This document shows, piece after piece, positions 24,548 through 31,059 of a stretch of DNA of 32,000 nt. Source of the stretch: Candidatus Electronema halotolerans (lineage in GTDB: Bacteria; Desulfobacterota; Desulfobulbia; Desulfobulbales; Desulfobulbaceae). The notes under the pieces were generated by a model. The model ran no database searches and was not told the origin of the DNA. It saw only the letters and a program-made list of their open reading frames with translations. Location of the stretch: positions 930,001-962,000 of the forward strand of contig OW818675.1 of the NCBI GenBank assembly GCA_942493095.1, read 5' to 3'. A program made the position numbers and the translations under genes. Within the stretch, counting starts at the first letter, position 1. Every line of letters starts with the position of its first letter.

Positions 24548-25513
24548 ATGAAACGCAGTGTTCTTTTCTTTTTTGCCGCTCTTGCGGCAGTTGCTCTGAG
24601 CTTTCATCCTGCCTTTGCCGCAGAGACGGTGGTCAATAAAGGCGTGATCGACAAGGACACGGTCTGGTCAGGCGATATTTTGATCAAGGGTGATGTGGAA
24701 GTGGCTGAAAATATCACCTTGATCATCATGCCCGGCACCACAGTCCGTTTTGCCAAGATTGAACGCTTTGGCCCGGACAAGCTGTATAACGACAAGGAGA
24801 ACCATTTTGCCCGCGCAGAGATATTTGTCAAGGGCAAGATGCTGGCTCAGGGCAGCAAGGAGAGCCAGATCACGTTCACCAGCGCGGAAAGCAGTCCCAA
24901 GCCCGGCGACTGGAGTTCGCTCAACTTCAGCGGCAGCACCGGCAATATTCTGGAGCACTGTGTGATCATGTATGGCGACACAGCCGTGCATTGCCATTCT
25001 TCACATGTTGTTGTCGCCAATAATGTCTTCAAGCACAACGGCACCGCCTTTGGCTGCAAGAATCTGAAAGACATCCCTGTGCAGACTGTGATGCCGGTTA
25101 TGTACAATCTCTTCACAGAGAATGGCGGCGGCATGATTATTGGCGGCGGTGCTGCTCCGGCAGTCTTTCATAACGAGATCACTGGCAATGAATTTTTTGG
25201 CATCTATGTCAAAAAAGGCGGCTGCTCGGATGTGCGCTTCAACAGCATCAGCAAGAACGGCAAGGGCGTGATTCTCTACGAAGCCAAGAATCTTTTTCTG
25301 CGCGACAACAACATTGCTGACAACATCGACTACAATGTCTCCATGCTGGAAGGGCAGGAGCAGGATTTGGCCTTTCCGCACAACTGGTGGGGCACAGCGG
25401 ATGAGAAGAAAATCCGCGAGAAAGTCATGGACAAAACCAGTGACAGCGGCTTGGGCAAGGCTGACTTGAGCAATTTCTACACATCTCCTGTTGCCGGAGC
25501 AGGAAATATCTGA
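24548..25513 (+). CDS. Secreted right-handed parallel beta-helix repeat protein (NosD/CASH-like)
   Basis: Signal peptide MKRSVLFFFAALAAVALSFHPAFA. PbH1-type repeats are present (VVANNVFKHNGTAFG, MYNLFTENGGGMII, FHNEITGNEFFGIYV, RFNSISKNGKGVIL, LRDNNIADNIDYNV). The terminal HNWWGT motif is common in NosD-like proteins. The track start 24446 overlaps the previous gene, so ATG 24548 is used. Confidence 0.7.
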   Translation: MKRSVLFFFAALAAVALSFHPAFAAETVVNKGVIDKDTVWSGDILIKGDVEVAENITLIIMPGTTVRFAKIERFGPDKLYNDKENHFARAEIFVKGKMLAQGSKESQITFTSAESSPKPGDWSSLNFSGSTGNILEHCVIMYGDTAVHCHSSHVVVANNVFKHNGTAFGCKNLKDIPVQTVMPVMYNLFTENGGGMIIGGGAAPAVFHNEITGNEFFGIYVKKGGCSDVRFNSISKNGKGVILYEAKNLFLRDNNIADNIDYNVSMLEGQEQDLAFPHNWWGTADEKKIREKVMDKTSDSGLGKADLSNFYTSPVAGAGNI

Positions 25514-25518
25514 TAGAC

Positions 25519-26085
25519 TTGCCAACCATGTTGCTTGCTCAGAAACTGTCCGGCAATATTCTGGACATATTGACAAAAGCCGCCTTGGCAGTGCTGACCG
25601 CAGTCATGCTGGTCATGCTGGTTCAGCACGAGCTTGCCGCCCGCAATTCGGCAACTGTGCTGGACAGCAGAGAGCAGGAGCTGCACAAGATTCAGCAGCG
25701 CATGGAATTGGACAGCAAAATCTTTCATGAAGTTGCGGTCTTCTTTGAAGAGCGGCGGTATCGGCAGGCTATGGAAAAATTGAAAGAAGTGCAGACCATG
25801 CATCCCGACAGCTCCACAGCCCTGCTCTGGCAGGCCCGTCTTCAGTATGAGGAAGGCATGGTCGCGGAGTCCTTGGCTGACTATCGGCAGGCAGTGGACA
25901 GCGAGCCAGGTTTTATTGACAGAAAATCGCCGCTCTTTGTCGGCAAGCGCATCAAGGAGAAGGTTGACGAGTCGCAGGAAAAACTCCAGCGGGAAATGCA
26001 GCTCAAGCCGAATGACATGTCCGTCCAAAAAGCTCTTGATGACCTTCTTTATCTGAAGCGGCGGCTGGCCGGCGGATGTGAATAA
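25519..26085 (+). CDS. Single-TM protein with a TPR-like soluble domain
   Basis: TM segment ILTKAALAVLTAVMLVMLV, then helical repeats (RRYRQAMEKLKEVQTMHPDSSTALLWQARLQYEEGMVAESLADYRQAV). The start is TTG 25519 or ATG 25528. The stop directly abuts the yedE ATG. Confidence 0.6.
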   Translation: MPTMLLAQKLSGNILDILTKAALAVLTAVMLVMLVQHELAARNSATVLDSREQELHKIQQRMELDSKIFHEVAVFFEERRYRQAMEKLKEVQTMHPDSSTALLWQARLQYEEGMVAESLADYRQAVDSEPGFIDRKSPLFVGKRIKEKVDESQEKLQREMQLKPNDMSVQKALDDLLYLKRRLAGGCE

Positions 26086-27153
26086 ATGGCGCGTTTGAAA
26101 CTCCCTGACCTTGCCGTCAGCACCGGCATCGTTCTTGGTGCGGGGGCAGTGGTTCTGACTCTGCTCGGCAATCCGACCAATTCCGGCATTTGCATCTCCT
26201 GTTTTTTGGAGAATTTGGCTGGCTCGCTCCAGATGCACGACAGCCTGCGCATGAGTTATGTCAGGCCGGAACTGCTCGGTTTTTTGCTCGGCTCCTTTGT
26301 CACTGCCAAGAAGATGCGCCGCTTCCGGGTCACGGGCGGCTCATCGCCGCTGATCCGCTTTTTGCTCGGCTTGTTCATGATCGTCGGCTGCGGCATTTTT
26401 ATTGGCTGTCCGATCAAAATGATTTTGCGCTTGGCCGCAGGCGACCTGACCGCAATTGCCGCCCTGCTCGGCCTGATGTTTGGCATCTGGCTGGGAGGCC
26501 GCTACATCCGGGCTGGTTCCGTGTTGGATCGGGATAAGGAGCTGCCGCAAATCAACGGCTACATTTTGCCCGGCATTGGCCTGCTCTTGCTGCTTTTTGT
26601 TCTGCTCAAACCGAGCTTTATTGTCCAAGGAGCCACTGGCCCAGGGGCGCAACATGCCAATCTCTGGATTTCGTTAGCTGTTGGGCTGCTGATCGGCGGC
26701 ATGGCCCAGCGTTCTGGTCTCTGCATCACTGGCGGCCTGCGCAACTTCTTTCTTTTCAAAGAGAAAACCCTGCTCTGGGGCATTGTTGCCGCCTTTGCAT
26801 CAGCCTTTTTTGTCTCTCTGATCAGCGGTCAATTCAATCTTGGTTTTTACGATCAGCCGGGTGCGCATCCTGACAATCTGTGGACGTTTCTGGCCATGGT
26901 GCTGGTCGGTTTGGCCGCAGTGATTGTTGATGGCTGCCCGTTCCGCCAGCTCATCAAGGCGGGACAGGGTGATGTGGACGCAGGACTGACCTGCTTTGGC
27001 ATGTTGACCGGCGCGGCGTTTGTGGTAAGCTGGCAGCTCCGCAGCACTTCTGCCGGGCCGGAATTCAACGGCAAGATTGCCACGCTGGCCGGACTGATCT
27101 TCTGTCTGACTGTGGTGCTGGCGTATCGCAGGAAATCTGCGGCAGCACGGTGA
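26086..27153 (+). CDS. yedE: YedE-family putative selenium/sulfur-compound transport membrane protein
   Basis: 355 aa and polytopic, with YedE-family Cys motifs (NSGICISCFLENLAG, RSGLCITGGLRNF, VDGCPFRQL). The ATG follows the upstream stop with no gap. Confidence 0.8.
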   Translation: MARLKLPDLAVSTGIVLGAGAVVLTLLGNPTNSGICISCFLENLAGSLQMHDSLRMSYVRPELLGFLLGSFVTAKKMRRFRVTGGSSPLIRFLLGLFMIVGCGIFIGCPIKMILRLAAGDLTAIAALLGLMFGIWLGGRYIRAGSVLDRDKELPQINGYILPGIGLLLLLFVLLKPSFIVQGATGPGAQHANLWISLAVGLLIGGMAQRSGLCITGGLRNFFLFKEKTLLWGIVAAFASAFFVSLISGQFNLGFYDQPGAHPDNLWTFLAMVLVGLAAVIVDGCPFRQLIKAGQGDVDAGLTCFGMLTGAAFVVSWQLRSTSAGPEFNGKIATLAGLIFCLTVVLAYRRKSAAAR

Positions 27154-27261
27154 AGTTGACTATGCGGTGGACTTCACAAATTCATCTGTTCAACACCCGC
27201 CTTTGTGATGGTGATAGCAAAAGGCGACTTCAATTCTTCACCACATTACATTGAGTAAATT

Positions 27262-27468
27262 ATGAGTACAGGTACAGTGAAGTGGTTTAATGCGGACAAA
27301 GGCTTTGGGTTTATTACTCCAGACGACGGAGGTAAAGACCTGTTTGTCCATCACTCAGAAATCAAGACTGGCGGCGGTTATGCCACGCTCAACGATGGCC
27401 AGAAGGTTGAGTTTGAAGCAGGGCAGGGTAAAAAAGGGCCATGTGCAAATAATGTCAGATCGTTGTAA
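27262..27468 (+). CDS. csp: Cold-shock protein (CspA family)
   Basis: [34 protein letters not shown] carries RNP1 (KGFGFI) and RNP2 (LFVHH). Length 68 aa. GC is lower than the flanking core genes. Confidence 0.95.
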   Translation: MSTGTVKWFNADKGFGFITPDDGGKDLFVHHSEIKTGGGYATLNDGQKVEFEAGQGKKGPCANNVRSL

Positions 27469-27563
27469 TCCGGCGGCATAAGCACATATCCGGCAATCAA
27501 GCCGAGCAGTTAATAGAGGCGCGTTTGCTGCGCACATTGCAACGCGCAGCTTTAATCTTATAC

Positions 27564-27608
27564 CGTTAAGAGTGGTGATCGTTTTGCGCCCACTCTTAAC
27601 GATTTTTT
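27564..27608 (+). terminator. Rho-independent terminator after csp
   Basis: 12-bp perfect stem cgttaagagtgg (27564-27575) / ccactcttaacg (27590-27601), 14-nt loop, then a-tttttt. A smaller hairpin gctgcgc/gcgcagc at 27527-27550 precedes it. Confidence 0.8.
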
Positions 27609-27769
27609 GCAAGCAATGAGTTATTTTTTTAGGCTCTCCGAGTTTTTCTGTGGTTGACAAAATCGGGTGGTGCCCCTGTTGAGTGTTGCTGTCTCGAAAA
27701 TTATGTGATACCGATTGGTTAGCATTACTGAGACAACTACTCCGTAAAGTGAGTTGTGGATTCAACTCG

Positions 27770-27927
27770 CAAGTGCAACTTTTTTTGGTTATCCAAAAAG
27801 CATAGGTTGGCTGGCACTTTGAATACTTCATGTAAATTTTCAATTATTTTCTCTTAGTTAGCGACAAAAGCAAAGTTGTGACACTCCCGTAACTGCCTTT
27901 TCTTGCAACCAAAAAAAGTTGCACTTG
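27770..27927. repeat. 158-bp AT-rich element bounded by 21-bp perfect inverted repeats (MITE-like or long cruciform)
   Basis: caagtgcaactttttttggtt (27770-27790) is the exact reverse complement of aaccaaaaaaagttgcacttg (27907-27927). Weaker complementarity (about 8/12) continues ~11 nt outward. No ORF is credible inside it. It lies 22 nt upstream of the yedE remnant. Confidence 0.85.
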
Positions 27928-27948
27928 GAACTTGAATTCACCGTTTGA

Positions 27949-28062
27949 ATGCTGACCAGCGCGGCCTTTGTCGTGAGCTGGCAGCTCCGCAGTAGCTCCG
28001 GTCGCCGGACCGGAGTTCAACGACAGAATTTTCACTCTGGTTGGGCTGATTGCGTCTCATTA
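27949..28062 (+). pseudogene. yedE: Frameshifted, truncated duplicate of the yedE 3' end
   Basis: Aligns by hand to 27001-27112: 39/44 identical over the first 44 nt and about three quarters overall. It translates as MLTSAAFVVSWQLRSS, then after a 4-nt insertion as AGPEFNDRIFTLVGLI. Intact yedE reads MLTGAAFVVSWQLRSTSAGPEFNGKIATLAGLI. The last ~14 yedE codons are missing. Confidence 0.8.
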
Positions 28063-28069
28063 TAACGAA

Positions 28070-28726
28070 ATGATCCAGATCGATATATTTTGTAGACAGT
28101 GTCAAAAAAATCATCATCAACTTGTGAATGAAAAAGAGTCAATTTCAATACAATGCGAATCTTGTGGAGCTGCGCTTGCATCTATTTCTCCAATTAACGG
28201 ATATGTATACATTCTATCGAATCCATGTATGCCAAATTTAGTCAAGATAGGGTTTACTACACGAAATATTTACGAAAGGATTTCTGAACTTAATTCTTCA
28301 AGCGGCATACCTGAACCTTTTGTGATTGAAGCTGCTTTTTGTAGTATCAACCCTAAAAAGGATGAACAAATAATCCATGCTGAATTAGATAAAAATCGTA
28401 CTAATAGAAATCGTGAGTTTTTTCAATTTGAACCGCTTGATGCAATTGATAAAATAGTAAAAATACTTGAAAAGCAACCTGATTATATTGGGACGAACAG
28501 CATGGTTAACTGTGAAAGACTTCTTCAGAGAAAAAAAGAAGAAGAAAGAATTTTTAAGAAGAAACAGAATTATTTTTTATCTCAAGGCATATTTGCAGAA
28601 GACCCAGGAAGATCAGTTGCTATGTATTCATTTAAATGTATTGGATGTAAAAATAGATTTTATTCCAAATATCCTAAAAACAATAGAACTGCTTGCCCTT
28701 TCTGCTTTTCTTGTGAAATTGAATGA
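28070..28726 (+). CDS. T5orf172/MUG113 (GIY-YIG-like) domain protein flanked by N- and C-terminal zinc ribbons
   Basis: GYVYILSNPCMPNLVKIGFTTRNIYERISELNSS...PFVIEAAF...IIHAELDKNRTNRNREFFQF fits the T5orf172 pattern. The N-terminal zinc ribbon is CRQC...CESC and the C-terminal one is CIGC...CPFC. GC is ~30% (18/60 in a sampled stretch) against ~55-60% in the flanks. Confidence 0.75.
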   Translation: MIQIDIFCRQCQKNHHQLVNEKESISIQCESCGAALASISPINGYVYILSNPCMPNLVKIGFTTRNIYERISELNSSSGIPEPFVIEAAFCSINPKKDEQIIHAELDKNRTNRNREFFQFEPLDAIDKIVKILEKQPDYIGTNSMVNCERLLQRKKEEERIFKKKQNYFLSQGIFAEDPGRSVAMYSFKCIGCKNRFYSKYPKNNRTACPFCFSCEIE

Positions 28727-28863
28727 AAAAATTATGAAATATATTAACTGGATTAAAACATAGCGTTGTTTTTAAAACATGATTTGGACGGCATGCCGCT
28801 TCATGAAATTCCGCACAAGATCATTTATCTGTGCCCTAAATATGTGGACAAAATACAATCATC

Positions 28864-29409
28864 ATGAACTGGTTCAAAAAAAAGGAAAAGCCGCAGGAGC
28901 CGGAAAAGGAAGAGGTCACACGCGGCCTGCTGATCTTTGCTCACCCGACCACAGTCATCGCGGTGGAGGAACTGCTCAAGGACGAGGGATATAAAATTCG
29001 GGTGGTCAGTCCGCCGCCTGCCTACCGCACCGGCTGCGACTTGAGCGTGGAATTTCCGCTGGAAGCGGAAGCCGCCATCACTGAGCTGCTCAATGCAGTC
29101 AAGCTGCATCCGCTTGATGTGGTGCCGATCACCTCGGAAGGCATGGAGCCGCTTCAGTTTGTCCGCAAAAAATGGTATGGCAAATACCTGATGGTCCGGG
29201 CGGCCAACATGAAGATCACCGTAGATACAGAGACCAAGGTCATTGTCAATATCTCTGGCGGCGGCTGCCCGGACGTGCCCTATCTTGCCACGACCATGAT
29301 CGGTAAGCGGCTTGACGAGGCTCCTGCCCCGGACGAAGTCGGCTTCTCCCTTTGCGCCTATTCCCTCAACACTGCCCGGGAAGAGATGATCCGGGAAATC
29401 GGAGCATAA
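28864..29409 (+). CDS. DUF3343 (putative Se/S carrier-like) domain fused to an unidentified ~90-aa C-terminal domain with a GGGCPDVP motif
   Basis: Residues ~20-85 (GLLIFAHPTTVIAVEELLKDEGYKIRVVSPPPAYRTGCDLSVEFPLEAEAAITELL) match the DUF3343 layout, including its conserved Cys. The C-terminal half (KWYGKYLMVRAANMKITVD...NISGGGCPDVPYLATTMIGKRL) is not recognised. Confidence 0.6.
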   Translation: MNWFKKKEKPQEPEKEEVTRGLLIFAHPTTVIAVEELLKDEGYKIRVVSPPPAYRTGCDLSVEFPLEAEAAITELLNAVKLHPLDVVPITSEGMEPLQFVRKKWYGKYLMVRAANMKITVDTETKVIVNISGGGCPDVPYLATTMIGKRLDEAPAPDEVGFSLCAYSLNTAREEMIREIGA

Positions 29410-29411
29410 TC

Positions 29412-30281
29412 ATGCTGTTGTTAGTTGGTGCGGTTCCTGCTGACCGCCTCCCCCTGATCATCGGCCCGGTCTCGCTCACTGACCGGGGCATCAAGATTGA
29501 CGGTCATGAGCTGCCCATCAACCGGGGCAATGAGGCCATGATGAAGGCTGCCTGCCTGATCTGCCAGGAATACGGCGTGGAGCCGCCGGTCGGCATGGTG
29601 GCAGGCGACATTGGCAAGCGCGAAGGCAGCGAGGCAATTTACAAGCACTTGGCCGAGCATCTGCCGACGATGGGGGTCAAGGTGATGACCCTGCATTATG
29701 TGATGCCTGATCTCAAGCTGAATAAGAAGGTGCTGGCCACGGTCGAGACCATGAAGGAAAGCAGGCCTGCTCTGATTGCCGACGCGGGCAGCATGTATGT
29801 GGCCAAGGCGGGCGGCGATGCCAAAATGTACGATGTTTTCACCCCGGACATTGGCGAGGCCACCTTTCTGGCTGATGAGAAGGCCGATCATCCCGCCTAC
29901 ACACGCGGTTTCATCTTCAACATGGAAGATGACGTGCCGGAGCTGATCCGCCGGGCATACATGGGCGGCAACGCGCCCAAGACCATGTTTGTCAAAGGGG
30001 CAGTGGATTATGTCTGCCAAGACGGCGAGATTGTTGACACCATTGCCGAGCCGAGCATTGAGACGATGGAGCCGATTGGCGGCACGGGTGATTTGATCAC
30101 CGGCATGATCAGCGGCCTGATGCACGCTGGCCGCAGTCCGCTCTTAGCCTGCCGCATTGCCGGACGGGTCAACCGGGCTGCTGGCGAGCTGGCCAATCCG
30201 ACCCCGGCCACGCAGGTGGAGGAAATCCTCCGCTGCCTGCCCAAAGCTCTTGCCAAGGTGGAAAAGGAGCTGGGGCTGTGA
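29412..30281 (+). CDS. Stand-alone YjeF_C-like (ribokinase-fold, NAD(P)HX dehydratase-type) protein
   Basis: VFTPDIGEATFLA and EPIGGTGDLITGMISGLMHAG resemble the TPHxGE and GxGDxLxG motifs of YjeF C-terminal domains. ATG 29412 lies 2 nt after the upstream stop. The track start 29352 overlaps the previous gene. Confidence 0.55.
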   Translation: MLLLVGAVPADRLPLIIGPVSLTDRGIKIDGHELPINRGNEAMMKAACLICQEYGVEPPVGMVAGDIGKREGSEAIYKHLAEHLPTMGVKVMTLHYVMPDLKLNKKVLATVETMKESRPALIADAGSMYVAKAGGDAKMYDVFTPDIGEATFLADEKADHPAYTRGFIFNMEDDVPELIRRAYMGGNAPKTMFVKGAVDYVCQDGEIVDTIAEPSIETMEPIGGTGDLITGMISGLMHAGRSPLLACRIAGRVNRAAGELANPTPATQVEEILRCLPKALAKVEKELGL

Positions 30282-30469
30282 GCCGGATGCAGTTCACTGC
30301 TGTGGTCGAATATTGCAAAGACATAGGTCTCTATGTGGGCTATATGCCGCAGTTTCCCGATGCGCACTCGCAAGGGGAAACGCTTGATGAACTGAACCGG
30401 CTGCTTGAAGACGGAGAGCCTTCGTTCAGTTCTGAGTTTGTCGGCACCCAGCAGATTGCCATAGCGTGA
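30278..30469 (+). CDS. hicB: HicB-family (UPF0150-like) antitoxin
   Basis: FTAVVEYCKDIGLYVGYMPQFPDAHSQGETLDELNRLLED fits small HicB antitoxins. GTG 30278 lies 8 nt after AGGAG and overlaps the upstream stop. ATG 30287 is an alternative start. Confidence 0.65.
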   Translation: MSRMQFTAVVEYCKDIGLYVGYMPQFPDAHSQGETLDELNRLLEDGEPSFSSEFVGTQQIAIA

Positions 30470-30633
30470 AGGGAAATATGCCTGCCCTTTCGCACAAGCA
30501 GTTCCGCCACGCTGACGGACGGGCAACCACCGTTCCGTTGCATCAAGGAAGAGACATTTCTCCGATTCTCCTGCGGCAGCTTGCACAAGACATCAGCATC
30601 TCGGTTGAAGAGCTGCTCAATGCAGGAGCCTGA
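30466..30633 (+). pseudogene. hicA: N-terminally shortened HicA-family toxin remnant (51-55 codons, below the track cutoff)
   Basis: Hand translation gives (VKGN)MPALSHKQFRHADGRATTVPLHQGRDISPILLRQLAQDISISVEELLNAGA. This matches the HicA C-terminal core (GSHxxFxHPDGRxxTVPxHxGRDI...). About 15 N-terminal residues before the SH motif appear to be missing. GTG 30466 overlaps the hicB stop. Confidence 0.5.
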
Positions 30634-30636
30634 ACC

Positions 30637-31026
30637 ATGCGCAATAAATTTCTTGGCACTGGCGAACAGGGCTTTCATCCGCTCCGCAAGATGCGGGTTG
30701 CCTTGTCCGGCGCACGCTATGCCGTGCTCCATGATTTTGCGGTCGCCTACAAGACAGTGCTCTCGGTCTTGATTCTGGTGTGCTGTTTTTACTATCGTCA
30801 ATGGCTTGATTTCAGCATGGTCTTGGTCGCCACCGGCCTGATGATGATTTCTGAAATGTTCAACACCACCATAGAAGCTCTGTGCGACTTTCTCGAACCA
30901 CGGGAAAACGAGCGAATCGGTATTATCAAGGATATTTCGGCGGCAGCGGCAGGGATCAGCATCTTAGTCTGGAGCATTGTCCTCTTGCTGGAAGCAATGC
31001 AGGTCTGGCAGAAGCTGGCCGGATGA
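30637..31026 (+). CDS. dgkA: Diacylglycerol kinase (prokaryotic DgkA family)
   Basis: SEMFNTTIEALCD and IKDISAAAAGISILVW are DAGK_prokar motifs. Length 129 aa with 3 TM segments. Confidence 0.85.
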   Translation: MRNKFLGTGEQGFHPLRKMRVALSGARYAVLHDFAVAYKTVLSVLILVCCFYYRQWLDFSMVLVATGLMMISEMFNTTIEALCDFLEPRENERIGIIKDISAAAAGISILVWSIVLLLEAMQVWQKLAG

Positions 31027-31059
31027 AAGTTGGCATCACCTATAATTCCAATCAACACA

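Noticed and set aside
5043-27927. Shared GTGCAA(C)...(G)TTGCAC palindrome core between the two array hairpins (5043-5071, 5112-5140) and the islet inverted repeat (27770-27927), as a hint of a common binding protein
   Set aside because: TTGCAC and GTGCAA hexamers also occur inside ordinary coding regions of this window (for example 11165, 13337, 19206, 24303). The overlap is too short to support a link without genome-wide statistics.
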